Shown piece after piece: positions 23,237 to 30,648 of a stretch of DNA of 64,000 bases (the stretch's first letter is position 1; the number at the start of each line of letters is the position of its first letter). The stretch is taken from contig DXAR01000088.1 of NCBI GenBank assembly GCA_019116945.1, positions 1,430 through 65,429 of the forward strand, in the 5' to 3' direction. The translations under genes were made by a program, and so were the position numbers. The stretch is from Candidatus Janibacter merdipullorum. GTDB lineage: Bacteria; Actinomycetota; Actinomycetes; Actinomycetales; Dermatophilaceae. The notes beneath the pieces were generated by a model. That model searched no databases. It had not been told where the DNA came from and saw nothing but the letters and a program-made list of their open reading frames with translations.

Positions 23237-23473
23237 ATGACATTCACGATCAAGGGACTCGACAGCGGTGTCGAGAGCAAGTTGTCGGAGCTGGCCAAGA
23301 ACCACGGCCGCACCATGGAGGCCGAGGCGGCCGAGATCCTCACTGCCGCAACTCGCGGCGAAGCCCAGGACGGCACCGCTGTCATGGGGCTCTACACCTC
23401 GGCTCGCCGCGTCGTCTCCAAGGAGGCGCTCGCCCCGCCGACCCGGGTCGACTTCACACCCGACGGCTTCTGA
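23237..23473 (+). CDS. FitA-like ribbon-helix-helix protein (antitoxin/plasmid-stability family), no cognate toxin adjacent
   Basis: MTFTIKGLD...LAKNHGRTMEAEAAEIL resembles FitA TIRNLD...HGRSMEAEVR.IL; start could be 23213 or 23237. Confidence 0.7.
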   Translation: MTFTIKGLDSGVESKLSELAKNHGRTMEAEAAEILTAATRGEAQDGTAVMGLYTSARRVVSKEALAPPTRVDFTPDGF

Positions 23474-23501
23474 GGGTGCATCTGTTGGCGATGACGTCGT
23501 T

Positions 23502-23541
23502 GTCGCGTGAGGACGCAGTTATTGCGGTGTCCGGGCACGAT
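23502..23541 (+). repeat. Degenerate copy of the 40-bp palindromic element at 47208
   Basis: gtcgcgtgaggacgcagttattgcggtgtccgggcacgat, 33/40 identical to 47208-47247. Confidence 0.75.
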
Positions 23542-23559
23542 GTCCCCGTCCGAGTCGGT

Positions 23560-23924
23560 CGACGGGTTCCTGTGTGAAGAAGGTCGTCAAGACTCGGGCC
23601 ATGACGTCCGGGGCGACGACGTGTCCCTGCCCGTCGAGCGTGTGCCGTTGGGTCTGTGGGGTGGCATCGGTTATCGCCTCCGCGGATCGGTCGAAGAAGT
23701 CGTGGGGGAGACCGGCCATTTGAGGCTCGGTGATGAGACCCTCGCTGATCACTAGGACCGACTGCGTGATCCGGGCAAGTCGGTCCGTTGGGGATCTCGT
23801 CATCGTTGACGACCACGGCGTCCTTGACGAGCGTGTGGGCTAGCGCGACGGACATGGCCCAGAACGGGTGCTGCTTGTCAGTGGCGATGTCCACGTCGGG
23901 TCCGCCTGTCAGCCTCACGAACAG
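23560..23924 (-). pseudogene. C-terminal remnant of an alpha/beta hydrolase, frameshifted near 23790
   Basis: LFVRLTGG...HPFWAMSVALAHTLVKDA in one frame continues as TDRLARITQSVLV...DRSAEAI...RHTLDGQGHVVAPDVMARVLTTFF in another. Confidence 0.6.
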
Positions 23925-24170
23925 CTAGGCGCCGTCACAGAGTCGCTTGCTCAAGTTCTTCGCCCACTCGAGTTGGGTGCGTGCATGGCCCGCTCACAGC
24001 TCGGCCTGATCACGGACGTGCTCGGGGATGCCCTCATGGGGGTGCTTCCGCCACTCGTCCCGCACGGCGAGTTCCGCCTCCAGGCGCGCGACCCGCTCGC
24101 TGACGTGCGCGATGGCGTCTGACCTTGTCAGCATGGGCAACATGGCGATGGACGCGTTAGAGGTGCACGG
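23925..24170 (-). pseudogene. C-terminal remnant of a PadR-like regulator with in-frame stops
   Basis: IAMLPMLTRSDAIAHVSERVARLEAEL...PEHVRDQAEL*AGHARTQLEWAKNLSKRLCDGA*; the stops fall where W and Y would be expected. Confidence 0.45.
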
Positions 24171-24614
24171 TGCCGAGCACCAGGAGCTTCGTCGCCGACA
24201 TGCACCCACCTCAGCTCAATCTGCGCAGACTCACTCACTGATCGGCTCGAGCATACGAGCATCCCGTATGGCGCTCGGGCAGGTGGCGTCCAGGTCGAGC
24301 GCCGCCCCCTTCGCCTCCTGTTCCGCAACGCCGATAATCCACATTATGTCATTCTCGCGGGGAGGTCGCGGGCTGTCGGCTGCGCTCCCCTTCGTCTCCG
24401 ACGGCGTGCACAAGGGGGTCTCCTGGTGCGATCGGTGGCGGATCTCGCCATGGAATGCGTCAGGAGGCCCCTGTGTGCACACGGTCCACCGGTGAAGGTC
24501 GCAACGACCCCGCCGCCACGCCACACATCCCGCAACCTCAGGGGTCGCTCGCCTCAGGGCTCGGACCTCGATCTCGACACGTTCCGGCGCTCGTCGGTCA
24601 TCAGCAACGCACCC

Positions 24615-25658
24615 TCAGCCGCTCTGGGCACCGAGCTCGTGCCGGATGCGCCGGAGGTCCTCCATGAGCGACCCGATGAGGATCCACCGCCTCCCCGTGG
24701 GGGCACTCACGTCGATGGGCGCCGTGAGCTGCGGCGCGGTGTCCTCGAGATGCTCGGAACCCGGGTCCGGCATGGCCAGGCGCAGGCGCAGTCGGGTGTC
24801 GTGGGCCGCTCGGAGCAGCTCCTCGGCGATGCCCGCGACGATCGGCTCCTCGCACACCTTGTCGTCGTAGTGGTCGACGAAGGCGCGAGTCATCCCCCGA
24901 GCCTGCACGCCGATCTTGCGCAGGATCTCCAGGCTCTCGCGCATCGCCGCGAAGTCGTCCTTGTACCTGCCTGCCCGCGGATTGAGGTGCAGCGAGTCCT
25001 CGGCGTCGTCCAGTGCCTCCGTCGCCTCCTCGAGCAGCGGGATCAGCCGGCGGGCGTCGGCGATGAGCAGCAGCCGCCCGGGGCGGGTCTTCGGTGCGGA
25101 GAGGGCGTCCGCGAGGCGCTCCATGGCCTCGGCGGTCTCCACCCCCAGGAGCTCCATGGCCGAACGGGCCGGAGCCAGTGCGACCGGCGGGACGAGCGCG
25201 AGGTGGACCATGACACCGAGGAGTGCGCCGATGCCCGTCTCGATGACGCGGACATACGCATAGTCCGGTGTCGAGGCGCCCATGGCGAGGACGAGGAGGG
25301 CGCTGATGGCGACCTGGTTCGCCGACCCCGTGGTGAGACGCAGACCCCACGCCAGCACAAGGGCGGCCGTCACGGCGAGAAGGACCACCCAGGCGGCGGT
25401 ACCGAAGGCCATCCCGAGCCCTGTAGCCAGCACGACCCCCGCCACGACCCCGGCGCTGCGCTCGATCCCCTTCGTTAGCGACTGGTTGATGCTGGGCTGG
25501 ACGACGAGCATGGCCGCGATGGCGGCGAAGACCGGTGGCGGACCATCCGGGATGAGCAACTCGGTGACCCACCACGCGAGGATCGTGGCCACGGCGGTCT
25601 TGACCGTCTGCAGAAGGGGGTCCCGCTTCGAGGCGCGCACGGCGGCGGACAGACGCAT
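24615..25658 (-). CDS. FUSC / aromatic acid exporter family membrane protein
   Basis: LQTVKTAVATILAW, FAAIAAMLVVQPSINQS, RVIETGIG. Confidence 0.85.
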   Translation of the reverse strand: MRLSAAVRASKRDPLLQTVKTAVATILAWWVTELLIPDGPPPVFAAIAAMLVVQPSINQSLTKGIERSAGVVAGVVLATGLGMAFGTAAWVVLLAVTAALVLAWGLRLTTGSANQVAISALLVLAMGASTPDYAYVRVIETGIGALLGVMVHLALVPPVALAPARSAMELLGVETAEAMERLADALSAPKTRPGRLLLIADARRLIPLLEEATEALDDAEDSLHLNPRAGRYKDDFAAMRESLEILRKIGVQARGMTRAFVDHYDDKVCEEPIVAGIAEELLRAAHDTRLRLRLAMPDPGSEHLEDTAPQLTAPIDVSAPTGRRWILIGSLMEDLRRIRHELGAQSG

Positions 25659-25687
25659 GGCCCCACCGTAGGTCGCCGGGCCTCAGG

Positions 25688-26146
25688 TCATGCGCCGGCG
25701 AGGCCGGATCGGTCCACCTCCAGGTCGTGCAGGACCATCCGGGAGCGGATGGACACCACGCCGTGGTTGCTCCTCAACCGGTCGACGACCTCCTCGAACT
25801 CGGCGGCATCCCGGCAGGCGATGCGCAGCTCGTAGTCGTAGTCGCCGGTGAGTCGCGACCCGGCGACGACCTGCGGGACCTCCTTGAGGCTGTCGGCGAA
25901 CTCGCGACGAACGACCTTCTCCCCCAGCCGGATCTCGCTGATCATCGCCAGCGGTCTCCCGAGCGCCGCGGGGTTGAGCTCGGCGCGGTAGCCGGTGATG
26001 AGCCCCTCGGACCGGAGTCGCCGGACGCGGTCGGCCACGCTGTTGGCCGAGAGACGCACCTCCTTCGAGAGGTCTTGGTAGGTCGCGCGTCCGTCGGCGA
26101 CGAGCAGCCGAAGGAGATGGCGGTCGATCCGGTCCAGAGGTGTCAT
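25688..26146 (-). CDS. Lrp/AsnC family regulator
   Basis: LDRIDRHLLRLLVADGRATY...LSANSVADRVRRL; TGDYDY. Confidence 0.9.
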   Translation of the reverse strand: MTPLDRIDRHLLRLLVADGRATYQDLSKEVRLSANSVADRVRRLRSEGLITGYRAELNPAALGRPLAMISEIRLGEKVVRREFADSLKEVPQVVAGSRLTGDYDYELRIACRDAAEFEEVVDRLRSNHGVVSIRSRMVLHDLEVDRSGLAGA

Positions 26147-26257
26147 GACGAAAGTATCGCCCGGAACCCGTCCTGACCGAGATCATCGCGGCCGGAAGCC
26201 GTGTGCAGCCGAGAAGTCCGCGCCAATCGAGGAGCGATGCGGAGCAGAGTCGAGGAC

Positions 26258-27157
26258 GTGGAAGCACTCGCCCTTCGCCTCGTCCTCCCTCCCCTCATCG
26301 TCACCGTCGCGACCCTGGCCCAGCGACACCTGGGTGACCGTCTCGGTGGCCTCCTCGTCGGTCTGCCGCTGACCTCCGGCACCTTCCTCGGCCTGCTCTT
26401 CGCCAGCCATGGCCCTGCCGCGGTCGCCGATGCCGCTGTCGGGATGCTGGCCGGCCAGGTCGCGGTCATCGCCCTCACGACGGCGTATGCCCACGCCGCG
26501 GGGACCCGGGCACCTCTGGCGCTGCTGGCGAGCGTGGTCGCGTGGGTCGCGACGGTCACCCTGGTGAGAGCGATCGACACCCTCGTCCTCGGCTGCGCCC
26601 TCTTCGGCGTCGCGACACTCATCGCCGTGCGCACCTGGCCGGGTCCCAGCGCCGTCACCGAGCGGCCGGCAGCACCCGGCGCCCGCGACCTCTTCACCCG
26701 CATCACCCTGGCCACCGCTCTCATCCTCGGCCTGACTGCCGGCGTGGAGATCCTCGGCCCCCAGCTCGCCGGCCTGCTCTCGGCTGCTCCCCTCGTGGCG
26801 CTGGTCCTCGCTCCCTCCACGCACCGGGTCGGCGGAGTCGGGGCCGTGCGGACACTCCTCCACGGGGTCGTCCGGGGCTCGGCCGGTGCCGCCGTCTTCG
26901 CGACCGTCCTCGCCATCGGCATCGCGCCCCTCGGCGGGCTCGCCTTCCTCGTGGCCGCCCTCTGCGGGATCTCGGTCGTCGCGATGTCGGTCGCGCCGCG
27001 GAACACTCATCACGCCGGGCTCACGCACGACATACCCTCCCTCCATGAGCACCCCCATCACCACCGTCGGAGTCGTGGGCGCCGGAGCCATGGGAGCGAT
27101 GTACGCGGCGCACTTCGTCGAAGGGGGCACGGAGACCCATCTCGTCGCCTCGGGTGA
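26258..27157 (+). CDS. Multi-pass membrane protein with internal duplication (GlpM-like halves), divergent from Lrp
   Basis: Two similar modules: LGDRLGGLLVGLPLTSG and LGPQLAGLLSAAPLVA. The C-terminal tail overlaps panE by about 110 nt. Confidence 0.6.
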   Translation: MEALALRLVLPPLIVTVATLAQRHLGDRLGGLLVGLPLTSGTFLGLLFASHGPAAVADAAVGMLAGQVAVIALTTAYAHAAGTRAPLALLASVVAWVATVTLVRAIDTLVLGCALFGVATLIAVRTWPGPSAVTERPAAPGARDLFTRITLATALILGLTAGVEILGPQLAGLLSAAPLVALVLAPSTHRVGGVGAVRTLLHGVVRGSAGAAVFATVLAIGIAPLGGLAFLVAALCGISVVAMSVAPRNTHHAGLTHDIPSLHEHPHHHRRSRGRRSHGSDVRGALRRRGHGDPSRRLG

Positions 27158-27947
27158 GCGCGCAGAGCGCCTCCGCACCGCCGGTGTGCGAGTCAACGGG
27201 ACTCCCCTGGACGCACCGGTGCTCGACCCGGACGATGCTGGGTCCACCCCGCTCGATCTCGCCGTCGTCGCGGTCAAGCACCACCACCTGGACCAGGCGC
27301 TCGACGACCTCGCCCCCTTCGTCGGGCCGCAGACGACGATCGTCTCCGTGCTCAACGGTCTCGACAGCGAGCAGCGCATCGCCGACCGTTTCGGCAGCGA
27401 GGGCGTCCTCCTGTGCATCGCCCTCGGGATGGCCGCCGGGCGGGAGGGCACCGAGGTCACCTACCTCTCCCCCGGTCAGCTCGTCATCGGCACCGCACCC
27501 CACCTGGCGGCGCCCGGTCGGGTCGACGCCGTCGGAGCGGCCCTCGACCGGGCCGGCCTCGCGTGGCAGGCGCCCGAGGACATGGAGCACGAGATGTGGT
27601 GGAAGTTCATGGTCAACACCTGCATCAACCAGGCGTCCGCGGTGATGCGTCTCCCCTATGCAGCCTTCACCGAGGCGGGGCCCGCCCGCTCGCTCATGCT
27701 CGCCCTCCGGGACGAGGTCGTCGCCGTCTCGCACCCTGCCGGCGTCCCCCTCGGACCCGCCGACTGCGAGCGGTGGGACGAGGTCCTCCGCGGACTCCCC
27801 GCGGAGGGGCACACCTCGATGCTCCAGGACGTCCTCGCCGGACGGCCCACCGAGGTCTCCCTCTTCGCCGACCATGTCGTGGATCTCGGTGCGGCACACG
27901 GGATCCCGACGCCCTACAACCAGACGATGTCCTGGCTCCTGGGCTGA
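27045..27947 (+). CDS. panE: 2-dehydropantoate 2-reductase (ketopantoate reductase family)
   Basis: VGAGAMG, SVLNGLDSE, WWKFMVN, TSMLQD, RPTEV. Confidence 0.8.
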   Translation: MSTPITTVGVVGAGAMGAMYAAHFVEGGTETHLVASGERAERLRTAGVRVNGTPLDAPVLDPDDAGSTPLDLAVVAVKHHHLDQALDDLAPFVGPQTTIVSVLNGLDSEQRIADRFGSEGVLLCIALGMAAGREGTEVTYLSPGQLVIGTAPHLAAPGRVDAVGAALDRAGLAWQAPEDMEHEMWWKFMVNTCINQASAVMRLPYAAFTEAGPARSLMLALRDEVVAVSHPAGVPLGPADCERWDEVLRGLPAEGHTSMLQDVLAGRPTEVSLFADHVVDLGAAHGIPTPYNQTMSWLLG

Positions 27948-27950
27948 CGC

Positions 27951-28265
27951 TCAGCGTCGGTCCCGCACCAGCCGCCGGACCTCCACCTCATAACGGCTGG
28001 CCGGCCCTCCGGGGGTCCTGAAGAAGCGCCGCCGCAGGGCGCCCTCGACCCGTGCGCGATCGCCGTCCTGGAACCGACCCGCGGCCCGCCGCGCCCCGGC
28101 GCTCCAGCAGGCGCAGTCGATGGTGTCGACCGGCCCACCGTCCGCGCGGGCGACGACGAGCCGAAGCGTCACGAGCGCGTCCCCGCTCGGGAGGTCCCGC
28201 GTCACGGGATCTCCGCTGACCCTCCCCGTGAGTTCCACGAGGTTGGTCTCCTGCGTCGTCGCCAC
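27951..28265 (-). CDS. ssb: Short single-stranded DNA-binding protein paralogue (SsbB-like)
   Basis: NLVELTGRVSGDP...DTIDCACW...RVEGALRRRFF OB-fold pattern; no acidic tail. Confidence 0.8.
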   Translation of the reverse strand: MATTQETNLVELTGRVSGDPVTRDLPSGDALVTLRLVVARADGGPVDTIDCACWSAGARRAAGRFQDGDRARVEGALRRRFFRTPGGPASRYEVEVRRLVRDRR

Positions 28266-28435
28266 CGTGCCACTCCCCTTCGTCGTCGTGCCCCCACCCT
28301 CGTCCTCCGCGGGCCGACGCACGGGACCCGACCCTCCCCTGTGGACGAAGGGCGCGGACGGTCACCACATGTGGGTGGACCACCTGCTGAGACGCCGAGT
28401 TGCCCCTGCCGGACGCCAGGGGTCTACTGGATGCA

Positions 28436-28518
28436 CCCATCCAGAGCGGCCGAGAGATCTGGCTCGACGACGCCGCAGCAACCACCTTCGGGCAGGTGCT
28501 CACGCCAGGATCGATGGA
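28436..28518 (+). ncRNA. SAM riboswitch (SAM-I or SAM-I/IV variant)
   Basis: ccATCcAGAGcggccGAGAGAtctGGCTCgacGACGCCgcaGCAACC...GGTGCtcacgCCagga..GATGG matches the S-box core (AUCxAGAG, GCAACC, GGUGC). P1 is CCAUC/GAUGG. It lies upstream of sulfur-assimilation genes. Confidence 0.8.
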
Positions 28519-28525
28519 GGAAGAG

Positions 28526-28597
28526 ATGAAGGTGCTCGTCACCCGCCGCGTCATCGACCACAAGCGTCGAGGCGTCACCGCCTGTCCACTCGACTGA
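28526..28597 (+). CDS. Putative Cys-containing leader peptide MKVLVTRRVIDHKRRGVTACPLD
   Basis: GGAGG SD at 28516-28520; L-x-RR-x-I/V-D-x-x-R-x4-C pattern of actinobacterial sulfur-operon leader peptides. Confidence 0.65.
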   Translation: MKVLVTRRVIDHKRRGVTACPLD

Positions 28598-28680
28598 GCC
28601 ACAGCCGCGGGGCTGCAGCCCCGCCACCTCGGCCGGCACCCGGCCACACACTGCCTTCCCCCTTCGTCCTGGGAGGACCC

Positions 28681-29187
28681 ATGTCCATCACCACGGTGTC
28701 CCCGCCCGATGTCCGGGCCGCCTTCCGTGCCGCCGCGGCCAGTGCCTGGGTCGTCACCGGGCACTCGGCGGACGGCCCCGTCGGCTTCACCGCGATCTCC
28801 GTCGTCTCGGTGTCCGTCGACCCACCTCTCGTGAGCTTCAACATCTCGAAGAGCTCAAGCTCGCTCGCCACCGTCAGCCGCTCCCGTCGCGCCGCACTCC
28901 ACCTGCTCGGTGACGAGCAGGCAGGTGTGGCACGGCGATTCGCCGGCGACCGGGCCCGTCGCTATGACGACGACGGGAGCTGTTCGATCGATGACGGGGG
29001 CCTCCCCCGGATCCACGGGGTCGTCAGCCGTCTCGTCGTCGAGGTCGTCGATCTCGTGGACGCCGGTGACAGCTACATCGCCGTCGGGAGGGTCGAGTCC
29101 ACCGAGACGACGGACCGCGAACCCCTCGTCCACCACGCCGGGACCTACCTCCCCCGCACCCCCAGCACGACCACGAACGGAGCCTGA
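28681..29187 (+). CDS. Flavin reductase family protein (partner of the two-component monooxygenase)
   Basis: GFTAISVVSVSVDPPLVSFNISK, DAGDSYIAVGRV, PLVHHAG; GGAGG SD. Confidence 0.85.
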   Translation: MSITTVSPPDVRAAFRAAAASAWVVTGHSADGPVGFTAISVVSVSVDPPLVSFNISKSSSSLATVSRSRRAALHLLGDEQAGVARRFAGDRARRYDDDGSCSIDDGGLPRIHGVVSRLVVEVVDLVDAGDSYIAVGRVESTETTDREPLVHHAGTYLPRTPSTTTNGA

Positions 29188-29190
29188 TCC

Positions 29191-30075
29191 ATGACCACCA
29201 CCGATCCCCTGAACTTCGCCTACTGGGCGCCCAATGTCTCCGGCGGACTTGTCGTCTCCGACATCGAGCAGCGCACCGACCACTCCCCCGCTTACAACGT
29301 CGACACCGCCCGCATGGCCGAGCAGGTCGGCTTCGACTAGGCCCTGACCCAGGTGCGCTACCTCGCCTCGTACGGCGCCGACGCCCAGCAGGAGTCGGTC
29401 TCCTTCTCGCAGGCACTCCTGCACGCCACGGAGCGGCTCAAGGTCATCGCCGCGGTCCACCCCGGCCAGTGGCCACCGCACATCCTCGCCAAGCTCGCCG
29501 CCACCACTCAGGCAACGACGAACAACCGCCTCGCGCTCAACATCGTCTCGGGATGGTTCAAGCAGGAGTACGCCCAGCTCGGGCTGGCGTGGCTCGACCA
29601 CGAGGAGCGCTACCGCCGCGCCGAGGAGTTCATCGAGGTGCTCCGCGGCCTCTGGGGCGAGGAGGAGTTCACCTACCGCGGCGACTTCTAGACCCTCGAG
29701 GGCGCTGCCGAGCAGGTGCGAGCCGTCCGGCAGCAGGCGGCCGCGCACGGTCGCCGGGGCCGCTTCGGCATCAACGGCTTCGCCCTCGTCCGCGACACCG
29801 AGGCGGAGGCCGTGGCCGTCGTCGACGAGATCATCGCCCGGGCGAATGTCGACAAGGTCAACAACTTCGGCGAGGCGGTCAAGCAGACGGGCAGCGCCAC
29901 GGCGGACAAGAAGGGGAGGTGGGCCGACAGCGAGTTCAAGGACCTCGTGCAGTACAACGACGGCTTCCGCACCGGCCTCATCGGCACTCCCGAGCAGGTC
30001 GCCGAGCGGATCGTCGAGTACAAGAAGGTCGGCATCGACCTCGTGCTCACCGGGTTCCTCCACGTCCGCGAGGAG
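29191..30075 (+). pseudogene. sfnG: Dimethylsulfone monooxygenase SfnG (luciferase-like), disrupted
   Basis: FAYWAPNVSGGLVVSDIEQRT, ALTQVRY, NIVSGWF, DLVQYNDGFRTGLIGTPEQVAERI. In-frame TAG at 29338 and 29689, an internal deletion after GDF, and the 3' end replaced. Confidence 0.85.
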
Positions 30076-30186
30076 GTCGACGAGGCGACCACGGACCAGT
30101 TGATCACTCTCACCGAGCGCTACTGCGTCATCGCGCAGACGCTGGCCTCTCCCCCTTCGCTCGAGGTGGCTGGGCGCCGGGGGTGA
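30076..30186 (+). pseudogene. C-terminal remnant of an OsmC-family protein fused in frame to sfnG
   Basis: DEATTDQLITLTERYCVIAQTLASPPSLEV resembles the L-TERYCVV-QTL C-terminus of actinobacterial OsmC-like proteins. Confidence 0.55.
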
Positions 30187-30198
30187 CATGCTGACGAG

Positions 30199-30639
30199 GT
30201 GAACGAGCTGCGGGTGCCGGCCGGGCCGGGGATCCCCGAGGGACTGGTGATCCCCGGCCCGGAGCTGTCCGAGCAGTTCAGCCGGGCAAGTGGTCCCGGA
30301 GGCCAGGGTGTCAACACGACGGACTCCCGGGTCCAGCTCTCGCTCGACCTCGCGACGACGACGGGGCTGACCGCGTCGCAGCGCGACCGTGCGCTCGGAC
30401 GCCTCGCGCCGCGGCTCGTCGGCACGACCCTCACCGTGGCCGCCGCGGAGCACCGGTCCCAGCGCCGCAACCGCGCTGCGGCCCGCGAGCGGATGGCCGG
30501 TCTGCTGCGGGAGGCACTCGCGCCCCCTCCCCCACCCCGGCGACCCACGAAGCGCACCCGCGGGTCGCAGCGCCGGCGACTGGAGGCCAAGCGCCGCCGC
30601 TCCGAGATCAAGGCCCGTCGCGGGCGCCCCATCGAGTAG
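30199..30639 (+). CDS. arfB: Alternative ribosome rescue peptidyl-tRNA hydrolase ArfB
   Basis: FSRASGPGGQGVNTTDSRV (GGQ motif), SQRRNR, basic C-terminal tail RRPTKRTRGSQRRRLEAKRRRS. Confidence 0.9.
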   Translation: MNELRVPAGPGIPEGLVIPGPELSEQFSRASGPGGQGVNTTDSRVQLSLDLATTTGLTASQRDRALGRLAPRLVGTTLTVAAAEHRSQRRNRAAARERMAGLLREALAPPPPPRRPTKRTRGSQRRRLEAKRRRSEIKARRGRPIE

Positions 30640-30648
30640 GTTGCGGGC

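Noticed and set aside
24231-24524. ORF ending MWIIGVAEQEAKGAALDLDATCPSAIRDARMLEPISE in the low-GC patch
   Set aside because: No recognisable motif and atypical codons; cannot be supported as a gene, though it may be another remnant.
29338-29691. Two in-frame TAG codons in sfnG as possible stop-codon recoding (pyrrolysine or readthrough)
   Set aside because: The same gene also has an internal deletion and a replaced 3' end, the second TAG lies at the deletion junction, and TAG is a normal stop elsewhere in the window. Decay is the simpler explanation.
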